Source: a virus
Lineage: Duplodnaviria > Caudoviricetes
Strand: one strand, 5' to 3'
DNA: 25,409 nt
IMG/VR virus record: IMGVR_UViG_3300037863_000300
Location: 1 to 25,409 of that record
Shown here: positions 1-7,643 of the stretch, in pieces
How the letters are laid out: the number at the start of each line of letters is the position of its first letter
How positions within the stretch are numbered: position 1 is the stretch's first letter
Made by a program: the position numbers and the translations under genes
Notes under the pieces: model-generated
Told to the model about the DNA's origin: nothing
The model's input: the letters and a program-made list of their open reading frames with translations, nothing else
Databases searched by the model: none

Positions 1-156
1 CGGCTAAGCGCTTGGCGGCCAGCTGAAACAGGCTGTCGTCGCCGGTGAGGCAAAGGAACTGCTTGGGGAAACCCGCACGCGACAAAGGCCAAAGGCGTGT
101 GCCTGAACCGCCACACAGAATGACGGGAGTGACTTGAATGGCAGGAGTGCTGGGGG

Positions 157-525
157 TCATGCTTTGTCCGAATTGGGCGCGGTTGTGGTGCTTTTTATTT
201 CTGACGTCAGCGCGTCTATTTCCAGATTCATGGCGTCGTATTCGGCCATCTTGCGTTTGAGAAACCGCGTGGTCAGCAACGCTTTTTCAACCATGCCCTG
301 CGGGGTGAGCACGTAGATGTAGCCAAACTTGTTTTTGGATTGGCTGAAGTTCTGCACCTTGACCCAGCCTTTGTCGATGAGCGCATTGAGGCAGTAATTC
401 AGGCCACTGGTGCTGACGCCCAGCCGTTCAGCAATCTCGCGTTGAGTGACGTCGGGGTCGGCTTGCAGCATGCGCAAGACCCTGAAATAAGTGTCTTCTT
501 GAAGTTGGGCGCGGCGGCTGGTCAT
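157..525 (-). CDS. MarR-family EPS-associated transcriptional regulator
   Basis: 122 aa winged HTH: '[31 protein letters not shown]...[13 protein letters not shown]...[13 protein letters not shown]' matches the MarR_EPS family signature found beside polysaccharide clusters. Confidence 0.9.
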   Translation of the reverse strand: MTSRRAQLQEDTYFRVLRMLQADPDVTQREIAERLGVSTSGLNYCLNALIDKGWVKVQNFSQSKNKFGYIYVLTPQGMVEKALLTTRFLKRKMAEYDAMNLEIDALTSEIKSTTTAPNSDKA

Positions 526-544
526 GTAGTAAGAGGTGTTTTGC

Positions 545-556
545 CACGCTACCGCG
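545..556 (-). promoter_or_regulatory. ops-like (RfaH/JUMPstart) element in the leader of the MarR_EPS gene
   Basis: Minus strand reads CGCGGTAGCGTG, an 11/12 match to ops GGCGGTAGCGTG, about 20 nt upstream of the ATG and in the transcribed orientation. Confidence 0.45.
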
Positions 557-702
557 GTGCCGTGTCACGATCAGCAAGCGCGATGGGGGCCGTTCTGTAG
601 GGGAACGTTTGTGCGAATTCGCATGATTCTAGGGCTTTCCTGATGAGTTTTTAATGTCAACTGCAAAATATTTATCGAATGCATTAGCGTTATGACGCTT
701 CG

Positions 703-1068
703 CTAGACCTTCATCTCCATGGCCAGCTCGCGGATCACGTCCATCAGCGGGGAGCGACGCAAGATGCCGCTTGGTGTCTTGATGATCATTCCCGACACAC
801 CGGCACGATTGATCTTGGCCAGCGCCTCGCGGTACAGACCCGAGCAGTTGGCCCAGCGTTCCAGCACGGCACCATCAAGCGCGGACAAAAGTCCAGGCGG
901 TGAATTGGCCACAGCGTAGTTCCAGGCTTCCTTGGCCACGTCGCTCATGTACTCGGGCGGCGTGCACAAAGCCTTGGTGGGCCGGGGCTCGTGGGGGTTG
1001 GTCCGACATTTCTGAACGGTGCCTTTGATCTGTTTGATTGCCAGAGGAAGCGGCTTACGACCAGCCAT
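703..1068 (-). CDS. terS: Phage terminase small subunit, P27 family (probably C-terminally truncated)
   Basis: 'MAGRKPLP...KG...PPEYMSDVAKEAW...LLSALDGAVLERWA...G.IIKTPSG...SPLMDV'. It stops at 'MEMKV', before the usual G(L/F)TPxSR motif, and lies downstream of an HNH gene. Confidence 0.85.
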   Translation of the reverse strand: MAGRKPLPLAIKQIKGTVQKCRTNPHEPRPTKALCTPPEYMSDVAKEAWNYAVANSPPGLLSALDGAVLERWANCSGLYREALAKINRAGVSGMIIKTPSGILRRSPLMDVIRELAMEMKV

Positions 1069-1084
1069 GGGGGTGGGCTCAATT

Positions 1085-1184
1085 CTTCAAAAAAATGTTT
1101 TCAATTTGCACGCGCAAAAATCTGTGCAAGCGCACGCATTTGGTGCATCGATCTGTAGAGATTTGACCCCCCTAGGGGGGGGTC
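1085..1184 (-). other. Putative cos/packaging-signal region
   Basis: Lies between HNH and terS, the usual cos position in HK97/P27-like phages. Contains the inverted repeat GACCCCCC-TAGG-GGGGGGTC (1165-1184), followed on the minus strand by CAAATCTCT...TTTTTGCGCGTGCAAATTGAAA. Confidence 0.5.
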
Positions 1185-1199
1185 TAGCATGACCAATGA

Positions 1200-1242
1200 T
1201 GCAATCTCACAGATTGCACGAAACCATGACTTGCATTACACT
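1200..1242 (+). promoter_or_regulatory. higBA sigma70 promoter with palindromic operator
   Basis: -35 TTGCAC (1214-1219), 17-nt spacer, -10 TACACT (1237-1242). The inverted repeat TGCAATCT-cac-AGATTGCA (1200-1218) overlaps the -35. Confidence 0.7.
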
Positions 1243-1248
1243 TGATTT

Positions 1249-1527
1249 GTGATCAAAAGTTTTCAACACAAAGGTCTGGAGCGGTTCTTTCGCCGAGGCG
1301 AGACCAAAGGCATCTTGGCCCAGTATGTGGGTCGAGTTCAACGGATACTGGACTTGCTAGACGACGCGGCGGACCCACAGCAGTTGAAGATTCCAGGCAT
1401 GTTCTTGCATCCACTCAAGGGCGACCGGAAAGGCCAATGGGCCATGTCGGTTTCAGGGAACTGGCGCATCACATTCGCCTTTGATGGCGAGGACGTTATC
1501 GTTGTCAATCTGGAGGACTATCACTAA
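1249..1527 (+). CDS. higB: HigB (RelE-superfamily, plasmid-killer type) toxin
   Basis: 'MIKSFQHKGLERFF...PGMFLHPLKGDRKGQWAMSVSGNWRITFAF...LEDYH'. GTG start; its stop overlaps the higA start. Confidence 0.93.
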   Translation: MIKSFQHKGLERFFRRGETKGILAQYVGRVQRILDLLDDAADPQQLKIPGMFLHPLKGDRKGQWAMSVSGNWRITFAFDGEDVIVVNLEDYH

Positions 1528-1835
1528 TGGCTACTCATTCTTTGCGCGACCCCAAGCGTCGGCCAACGCACCCAGGCGCTCTTCTGCGTGAGGACGTTCT
1601 GCCTGCGCTCAAGATGACCCAGAAGGACTTTGCCGACTGGATCGGTGTGTCGCGGCTGAGCGTCTCAGAACTGATCAACGAGAAGCGCACGGTAACGCCG
1701 GACATGGCCATGCGTTTGGGCAAAGCCCTGGGCAATGGCCCACAAATTTGGCTGGGCATGCAGCAGACACTCGATCTGTGGGAACTGGCACAGCAAGACA
1801 CTTACCAATCCATCAAGACGCTGGAACTCGTTTAA
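1527..1835 (+). CDS. higA: HigA antitoxin (XRE HTH)
   Basis: 'RRPTHPGALLREDVLP...VSRLSVSELINEKRTVTPDMAMRLGKALGNGPQIWLGMQ' HigA signature. Confidence 0.93.
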   Translation: MATHSLRDPKRRPTHPGALLREDVLPALKMTQKDFADWIGVSRLSVSELINEKRTVTPDMAMRLGKALGNGPQIWLGMQQTLDLWELAQQDTYQSIKTLELV

Positions 1836-2194
1836 GAACCAGCCCGCTCGCTGGCCGTCTTGCGGTTGTGACACGAGATACAAAGAGGTTGCAGATTGGC
1901 CACATCAAGCCGTGCGCCGCCTGCCTTGAGGGGCTGTACGTGGTCAGCCACCACCGCCGGGGTCAAGCGACCCTTGGCCTCACAGGCCCTGCAGGTGGGG
2001 TGTGTTCGCAGGAAGGCTGCACGTACTGCACGCCACTGCGCCGATGAGTAAAAGCCCAACTCCACATCAAAGCCTCTGCGGGCACGGCCGTAGTCGCGGT
2101 GCACCGCTTTGCGATGGGTATCGCAATAGCCAGGCTTTACCAACACAGCGCCGCATCCGGGGTGTCTGCAAGGGGTTGGCGCTGACAGTGGCAT
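1832..2194 (-). CDS. Terminase-associated HNH endonuclease (HK97 gp74-like)
   Basis: N-terminal 'PCRHPGC...YCDTH', then 'CRAC...VADHVQP...NLQPLCISCHNRKT'. Lies upstream of the cos-like region and terS. Confidence 0.9.
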   Translation of the reverse strand: MPLSAPTPCRHPGCGAVLVKPGYCDTHRKAVHRDYGRARRGFDVELGFYSSAQWRAVRAAFLRTHPTCRACEAKGRLTPAVVADHVQPLKAGGARLDVANLQPLCISCHNRKTASERAGS

Positions 2195-2250
2195 GGAGTC
2201 GACAGTCTTAAAAATGTTCTCAACTATTTGCGGGACTTGTGGGTTCAGGA

Positions 2251-2281
2251 CTTGGCTTTACTTGTGTTCAGAGCGTTCATA
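2251..2281 (+). promoter_or_regulatory. Bipartite motif, copy 1 (CTTGGCTTT-N9-CAGAGCGTTCATA)
   Basis: All 22 motif bases and the spacing are identical to 18656-18686. Ends 34 nt upstream of the 2316 ATG. Confidence 0.65.
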
Positions 2282-2315
2282 GGAACAGCAGCAACAACCC
2301 AAAGGAAACCCAATC

Positions 2316-2516
2316 ATGAGCAACACCAAACGAGACCAACAACTCCAGCAAATCGCACTGGACCACTTGTTTATCGCAACCCTTGAGACCCGCAGCAGCG
2401 ACAGCCTCGACTTTCACGACGTGAGCGTCTGGGCCATCAAAACCGCTTTGCAAGCCGCCTTTGAGGCAGGCCGCAACGCCGCTGCCACCGCTTCACAAAC
2501 CCAACCCAAACAGTGA
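2316..2516 (+). CDS. DUF6900-like small phage protein
   Basis: 'IALDHLFIATLETRSSDSLDFHDVSVWAIKTALQAAFEAG' is a conserved small prophage protein. RBS AAAGGA upstream. Confidence 0.8.
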   Translation: MSNTKRDQQLQQIALDHLFIATLETRSSDSLDFHDVSVWAIKTALQAAFEAGRNAAATASQTQPKQ

Positions 2517-2529
2517 TCAGGGGATCGAC

Positions 2530-3057
2530 ATGACCGCAACAGCAACCACAGCAACCACAGCCACGACAGCCACAGCGCAATTGAGCGCAACGCAGCAACA
2601 AATCCTCAACCACGCCGCTGTTAATACGGATGGCAAGCTGGTCTGGTTTCCCGAGACCCTCAAGGGCGGTGCCAGAAAGAAAGTTCTCGACAGCCTCTTC
2701 AACCGGGCGTTGATCACGACCGACAGCACCCATTGGTTTGTGGCCGCTGAGGGCTACGAAGCATTGGGAATACCTCGCCGAGCGCCCATCACACTGGCGG
2801 CTCTGGACGCAGTGATTGAGTCTGCTGAAGCAAGTCCTGCAGCCAAGCCACGCACGCGTGACAACAGCAAGCAAGCCCAGGTGATTGCGATGCTCAAGCG
2901 AGCCGAGGGCGCAACGATCACGCAAATCTGCGAGGCCACCGGATGGCAATCCCATACGGTGCGCGGCACCTTTGCCGGAGCCTTTAAAAAGAAACTGAGC
3001 CTGGAAATCACCTCCAGCAAATCACCCGGTGGCGAACGCACCTACTCAATCGCCTGA
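2530..3057 (+). CDS. DUF3489-family protein (C-terminal winged HTH)
   Basis: 'RTRDNSKQAQVIAMLKRAEGATITQICEATGWQSHTVRG...RTYSI'. Start reassigned to ATG 2530 (AGGGGA upstream). The N-terminus has a Thr/Ala repeat from 9-bp ACAGCAACC-like units. Confidence 0.85.
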   Translation: MTATATTATTATTATAQLSATQQQILNHAAVNTDGKLVWFPETLKGGARKKVLDSLFNRALITTDSTHWFVAAEGYEALGIPRRAPITLAALDAVIESAEASPAAKPRTRDNSKQAQVIAMLKRAEGATITQICEATGWQSHTVRGTFAGAFKKKLSLEITSSKSPGGERTYSIA

Positions 3058-3148
3058 TGCTCCTGCGGTCGCAGAGTGCTGGCGACGACAGATGAGTTCC
3101 ATTTTAGACCATTACGGACTACAATGGGCCATTCCAACGGAGGATCCC

Positions 3149-3358
3149 ATGGCCATCAATGTCAAACTGCCAGAAGCCCTGGTCGAAACCGCCAAGCGCT
3201 ACGGCACGATCGAGCATCGCTCGGTACCCAAGCAAATCGAATACTGGTCACAGATCGGTAAGATCGCTGCCGAAAACCCAGACCTGCCGTTCAGTGTCAT
3301 CCGCGACATTCTGATCGCCGAACAGGAAGCGCCTGTGGGCGAGTACCAGTTCGGATGA
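3149..3358 (+). CDS. ParD-like RHH antitoxin
   Basis: 'MAINVKLPEALVETAKRYGTIEHRSVPKQIEYWSQIGKIAAENPDLP'. ATG 3149 with GGAGG RBS; -10 TACAAT at 3120-3125. Confidence 0.85.
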   Translation: MAINVKLPEALVETAKRYGTIEHRSVPKQIEYWSQIGKIAAENPDLPFSVIRDILIAEQEAPVGEYQFG

Positions 3359-3636
3359 TGCGCATTCTTGTCACCCCGACTTTCGAGCGGGCGGTTAAGA
3401 AGTTGCACCGCCAGCAGAAAGTCAACCTTGACGAAGCTGTGCGGGTTGTCGCCAGTGAGCCGGAAATCGGCGAAATCAAGGTTGGCGACCTCGCAGGCGT
3501 GCGGGTGTACAAGTTTCGCATGGGCAACCTCTTGTGCTTGCTGGCGTACCGCATCCTGGACGAAAACACGCTCAAACTGCTGATGGTCGGCCCGCATGAA
3601 AATTTCTATCGCGACATCAAGCGACTGGATTCCTAG
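3355..3636 (+). CDS. ParE-like/RelE-superfamily toxin
   Basis: 'TPTFERAVKKLH...PEIGEIKVGDLAGVRVYKF...LLAY...GPHENFYRDIKR'. ATGA overlap with the antitoxin. Confidence 0.88.
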   Translation: MMRILVTPTFERAVKKLHRQQKVNLDEAVRVVASEPEIGEIKVGDLAGVRVYKFRMGNLLCLLAYRILDENTLKLLMVGPHENFYRDIKRLDS

Positions 3637-3751
3637 CGGTAAATCCATTTGCACATTTTCTATTCATCGATCCCACCGGTGGAGATTACGGTCGCTACCT
3701 TGACCCGTCTGGGCTAAAGAAATAGGCGGGAAAATCGACGTAGCTGCAACT

Positions 3752-4873
3752 TTATGTCAGCAGCGTCAGCTCATAGCTTGTGCTGCGACCACTAGCATCA
3801 GACTTCCTCAAAACTCCAAGCTCCAGCAGATCCGAGATATCACGCAGCGCAGTGTCTTGCGAACATTTGCCAATCGATGCCCACTTGCTGCTGGTCAGCT
3901 TGCCGTCAAAGTCGTCCAGAATCTTGTTGAGCAACTTAATCTGACGCTCATTCATCGGCATGCCTGCCCAATGCTGCCAATAGCGCGCCTTAGTCAGTAC
4001 TGAAGCGAGCGTATGCTCCGCGCCCTGAAGGCATCTGAGCAAGCATGCCAGGAACCACTCCAACCAATCTGTGACATCCATGCTTCCCTTTTGGGTCGCT
4101 TCTAATTGATCATAGTAAGTCTTACGCTCACGCTGTATCTGCGCTGACAAGCTGTAGTAGCGTTGCACCGAGGCCTCGGCTTTAGCCAATGCCATGTCTC
4201 CTACGGCGCGCGCCATCCGCCCGTTGCCATCTTCAAAGGGGTGGATGGTCACAAACCACAAATGCGCAAGTCCGGCCTTGATCACAGGGTCATCTTGTTG
4301 ATCGACGTTGAACCACCGCATGAAATCCGACATTTCAGCATCCAGGTGAAGCGCTGGGGGTGCTTCGTAGTGAACTTTTTGACGGTGCATGGATCCTGAG
4401 ACCACCTGCATTGGCCCTTGCGCATCATCCCGCCACTGACCGGTACGGATCTTGGAAAGCCCGCTGTATCCCGTTGGAAACATCGCCGCATGCCATCCGT
4501 ACAAGCGCTCGGCAGTCAGTGGCGTGTTGTGCTTTTGTGTCGCGTCCAGCACCATGTCGACCACACCATCAACGTGTCGGTCCGCAGGCGCCAGTGCTCC
4601 GATGTCGACTCCGAGTCGGCGGGCGATGGAAGAACGAACCGAATCGGCGTTGAGTTTCTCGCCTTCGATTTCACTGGTCTTGAGCACGTCCTCAGTCAAA
4701 ACACGCAGCATCGCCTGGTCACGCAAATCCATCCCAAGGTCGTACATACGCCCTTGCAGATGCCCTTGAGCCTGATGCACTTGAGCGAGCAAGGATGCCA
4801 GCCGCCGGTGGTCATAGACCCAGTTCGGCCAAGCTTGGAGTTGCCAAATGTAGATTTCTTCTCCGCTTTTCAT
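3752..4873 (-). CDS. Fic protein with N-terminal DUF4172 and C-terminal winged HTH (class II)
   Basis: Canonical Fic motif HPFEDGNGRMAR, inhibitory motif TSEIEG, N-terminal 'YIWQLQAWPNW', C-terminal 'CSQDTALRDISDLLELGVL...GRSTSY'. Confidence 0.92.
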   Translation of the reverse strand: MKSGEEIYIWQLQAWPNWVYDHRRLASLLAQVHQAQGHLQGRMYDLGMDLRDQAMLRVLTEDVLKTSEIEGEKLNADSVRSSIARRLGVDIGALAPADRHVDGVVDMVLDATQKHNTPLTAERLYGWHAAMFPTGYSGLSKIRTGQWRDDAQGPMQVVSGSMHRQKVHYEAPPALHLDAEMSDFMRWFNVDQQDDPVIKAGLAHLWFVTIHPFEDGNGRMARAVGDMALAKAEASVQRYYSLSAQIQRERKTYYDQLEATQKGSMDVTDWLEWFLACLLRCLQGAEHTLASVLTKARYWQHWAGMPMNERQIKLLNKILDDFDGKLTSSKWASIGKCSQDTALRDISDLLELGVLRKSDASGRSTSYELTLLT

Positions 4874-4932
4874 GCGGTAATTATGCAGAGCATTCGCCGC
4901 AGAGTCAATATAATCACCGCATTATGTGCGGT
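4863..4932 (-). promoter_or_regulatory. Putative Fic autoregulatory operators (CCGC-N7-GCGG, two copies)
   Basis: Palindromes at 4863-4877 (spanning the start codon) and 4917-4931. Extra CCGCA half-sites at 4897 and 4951. Confidence 0.5.
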
Positions 4933-4981
4933 TTTAAATGTTTACATTTTCCGCATGGAGCAAATCATCCATGAAGTCACC

Positions 4982-6235
4982 TTAAACGGGAGCGCTCAAG
5001 CGCTGCTTTGTCACAGCAGAAAATGTCGAGTCGCCGCCTAAAAGGCGTGCCTCCTGGCCGGTAAAAGATTCCCAGCGAGAGACTATGACGTCCACATACT
5101 TGGGATCGAGCTCAATCAACCGGGCACGGCGACCAGACTTTTCACAGGCGATCAGGGTGGTGCCAGAACCACCGAATGGGTCAAGCACGAGGTCTCGTGT
5201 TTTGCTGCTGTTGCGCACCGCACGCTCCATGAGCTCAACTGGCTTCATGGTCGGGTGCAAATCGTTCTTGTGCGGCTTTTTGATGTGCCACACATCACCT
5301 TGGTCGCGTGCGCCGCACCAGTAGTGCTGGGCACCGTCCTTCCAACCGTAGAGGATAGGCTCGTACTGGCGCTGGTAATCGGCGCGCCCCATGGTGAAGG
5401 TGTTCTTGGCCCAGATGATGAAGGTGGACCACTTCCCCCCTGCGGCGCGAAACGCTGCCTGTAGGGTGTCAAGCTCGCTTGAGGACATGGCGATGTAGAC
5501 GGCTCCCTTGGTGACGTCCAAGATGTTCTGGCATGCCGCTTGCAAAAACCCACCAAAGTCAGCGCCCATGTTGTCGTTCAGAATCGGGCGGTCCTTGCCG
5601 CGCATCTTGTCTTTGGCCGTGTTGGCGTAGTTGACGTTGTAGGGTGGATCTGTGGCAGTCATGTCCACCAGTTCATCGCCCAGCAGCGCCTTGTAATCCT
5701 CGGCCTTGGTGGCGTCCCCACACAGCAGCTTGTGCTCGCCCAGGAGCCAGACATCACCAGTCTTGGAAACCGGGACTTCGCTCACCTGGGGCACTGCATC
5801 CTCATCGGTCAAGCCGTCTTGGCTTTCATCGCCTGCAATCAGAGCGTCCCATTCGTCTTGGGTGAAGCCCGTGAGGTTCAGATCAAATCCGGCCTCCTGC
5901 AACTCGGCTAACTCCAGACCCAACATGGCATCGTCCCAGGATGCGTTCTCGCCGATTTTGTTGTCCGCCAGAATCAGCGCCTTGCGCTGGATGTCACTGA
6001 GATGGTCCATAGAGACGACCGGCACATCCTTCATCGCCAGCTTTCTGGCGGCGAGCAAACGCCCGTGACCGGCGATCACGTTGTTCTTGCCGTCAACCAA
6101 GATCTGCGCGCCCCAGCCAAACTCGCTGATGCTGGCGGCAATTTGCGCTACCTGAGCGTCCGAGTGCTGCTTGGCGTTTTTGGCGTAAGGGATCAACGCC
6201 TCAACGGCTCGGTACTGGATTTGAAGAGCTTGCAT
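4982..6235 (-). CDS. ParB-like N-terminal domain fused to N6A/N4C DNA methyltransferase (beta class)
   Basis: 'LIPYAKNAKQHSDAQVAQIAASI.EFGW...IAGHGRLLAA' (ParB-like), then DPPY, HPTMKPVEL and DPFGGSGTT. Start reassigned to MQALQ (6235). Confidence 0.92.
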   Translation of the reverse strand: MQALQIQYRAVEALIPYAKNAKQHSDAQVAQIAASISEFGWGAQILVDGKNNVIAGHGRLLAARKLAMKDVPVVSMDHLSDIQRKALILADNKIGENASWDDAMLGLELAELQEAGFDLNLTGFTQDEWDALIAGDESQDGLTDEDAVPQVSEVPVSKTGDVWLLGEHKLLCGDATKAEDYKALLGDELVDMTATDPPYNVNYANTAKDKMRGKDRPILNDNMGADFGGFLQAACQNILDVTKGAVYIAMSSSELDTLQAAFRAAGGKWSTFIIWAKNTFTMGRADYQRQYEPILYGWKDGAQHYWCGARDQGDVWHIKKPHKNDLHPTMKPVELMERAVRNSSKTRDLVLDPFGGSGTTLIACEKSGRRARLIELDPKYVDVIVSRWESFTGQEARLLGGDSTFSAVTKQRLSAPV

Positions 6236-6254
6236 TAAGAGTGGTCCACCAATG

Positions 6255-6290
6255 AAAAAACCCGCTGGGAGCGAGATGCTCGAAGCGGGT
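6255..6290 (-). terminator. Intrinsic terminator upstream of the methylase/late operon
   Basis: Minus strand ACCCGCT-tcgagcatctcgctccc-AGCGGGT-TTTTT, ending about 20 nt before the methylase ATG. Confidence 0.6.
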
Positions 6291-6452
6291 CTTTGTTGTC
6301 TGCCGGTTGTGCGGCTGTGCTGCTTGGCACTGCTCACACGTCTGTCCAGAAGATAGCTAAAATATACGCTAAAACCCCCTGATGTGTTGCACGCCAAAAT
6401 GACTCAAAAATGGACAAGCTGCCAAAAAACAGGACATTGAAGCCAAGCATTG

Positions 6453-6872
6453 CTATGCCTGCCCCATTTGTTTGGACGAAGGCGAGTGTGGCTCATTGAG
6501 GCGAAGCACCACCAAGTCAATGGCCAGTTTCCAGCGTCGCCATGCGGTGGTGCGGCAGCACCCAAAACGACGACCAATTTCATTCCACTCGTAGTTGTCG
6601 GCCCGCATCCATACCAAGTGCCGATTCTCAACGTCCAGCCATTGAACCCAGCCCATGACTTGCAGCATTAGATCCACATCGGCGGGGGACGGGGGAAAGT
6701 AAATCACCCGGTCATCGTCAGCAAAGCGCTCCCAACCCTGGCGCACCATAGGCGGCCACATGTTGAAGAAGCCTTGAACCCGAACCGGCGGTAAGCGCCG
6801 GCCAGTGACAACGGCGGCCTGAAAGCGCGCCGTCACATTGTCAGCGCTCCATTGGGGCTTGTGATTATTCAT
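6453..6872 (-). CDS. DUF6362-like protein with C-terminal HTH, possible late-gene regulator
   Basis: 'LPPVRVQGFFNMWP...PPSPADVDLMLQVMGWVQWL...LVWMRA...WNEIGRRFGCCRTTAWRRW'. Last early gene, the position held by Q/RinA. Start at MNNHK (6872). Confidence 0.75.
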   Translation of the reverse strand: MNNHKPQWSADNVTARFQAAVVTGRRLPPVRVQGFFNMWPPMVRQGWERFADDDRVIYFPPSPADVDLMLQVMGWVQWLDVENRHLVWMRADNYEWNEIGRRFGCCRTTAWRRWKLAIDLVVLRLNEPHSPSSKQMGQA

Positions 6873-7068
6873 GGCGAGCGCTCCCATAGAGTCGATCGCC
6901 AATGCGGCGAATGAGTTGGCGCTCCAAAAAGTCCAGACGTTCATCGGCGTCGCAAACCACCAAGATGTGCTGGTCCTGCCAGCCGCTACGTTTGATGGCG
7001 TCCAGATCGGTGACCACGGGCTGCATACGCCCCAGGGGCGATGTGTAGTTCGGTTGTGGACATTTCAT
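6865..7068 (-). CDS. Conserved small hypothetical phage protein (67 aa)
   Basis: 'MKCPQPNYTSPLGRMQP...IKRSGWQDQHILVV...IGDRLYG'. Overlaps both neighbours; GGAGG RBS. Confidence 0.7.
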   Translation of the reverse strand: MKCPQPNYTSPLGRMQPVVTDLDAIKRSGWQDQHILVVCDADERLDFLERQLIRRIGDRLYGSARHE

Positions 7069-7619
7069 GTTGTGCCGCCTTGATGTTCGGTTTGACCTTC
7101 GGTTTGGTCTTCGGTTTGGTCTTGGGTCTCCAAAGCCCAGTGCAACAGCGCCAGCGCATCGGCTTCGTTGTCGTCGGTGACGGGGTGGCCCTTGGCACGC
7201 ATGGCGGCAATGACTTCGGCCTTGCCTGCGTTGCCTTTGCCGGTGACGTGTTTTTTGATCGTGCCCACCGGCACGCCCTGGTAGGGGATCTGGTGGTGCT
7301 CGCACCAGGCGGTGAGCGTGGCAAGCAGGCCGCCGTAGACGTGCGCGGCGTCCACGCGGAGGTGACGGCGCACCTCTTCAAAATAAACCGCGCCAATGGG
7401 CTCCTGGTGGCTTTGGAGTCCGTGGGTGCCAGGGGTGTTCGTCACGCTGGCCTTCATCTCGGTGAGCCAGCGGCGAAAGCGCAAGTAGCGCATGCCACCG
7501 CCCTCAAAACGCTGAGGCTTAAAGCTGACAAAGCCGTGGGCGATCTGGCCCTCGGGTGCGCGCATAGCCCAGCCCGTGGTGGTGCCCAGGTCAAGGCAAA
7601 GTGTGGTGGTGTGGCTCAT
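7065..7619 (-). CDS. Phage RuvC-like Holliday junction resolvase
   Basis: 'LCLDLGTTTGWA', 'VYFEEV', 'TIKKHVTGKGNAGKAEV', 'DDNEADALALL' give the RuvC acidic residues. Start at MSHTT (7619). Confidence 0.85.
   Translation of the reverse strand: MSHTTTLCLDLGTTTGWAMRAPEGQIAHGFVSFKPQRFEGGGMRYLRFRRWLTEMKASVTNTPGTHGLQSHQEPIGAVYFEEVRRHLRVDAAHVYGGLLATLTAWCEHHQIPYQGVPVGTIKKHVTGKGNAGKAEVIAAMRAKGHPVTDDNEADALALLHWALETQDQTEDQTEGQTEHQGGTT
7086..7121. repeat. Three 12-bp tandem units (core TTCGGTTTG) encoding a (D/G)QTE tail
   Basis: ttcggtttgacc ttcggtttggtc ttcggtttggtc at the 3' end of the RuvC-like gene. Confidence 0.8.
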
Positions 7620-7643
7620 GTTTTTTTCTAAAAAATAGGTTGC

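Noticed and set aside
626-660. sigma70 promoter for the MarR gene (TTGACA ... TAGAAT on the minus strand)
   Set aside because: The boxes are 23 nt apart, too far for one promoter.
600-705. attL direct repeat matching the right end
   Set aside because: No convincing shared core found by eye. The left junction looks like a deletion break, and serine integrase cores can be too short to see.
5818-5847. Third partial copy of the bipartite motif (CTTGGCTTT-N13-CAGAGCGT)
   Set aside because: The spacer is 13 nt rather than 9, the second box is incomplete, and it lies antisense inside the methylase CDS with no downstream gene. Probably chance.
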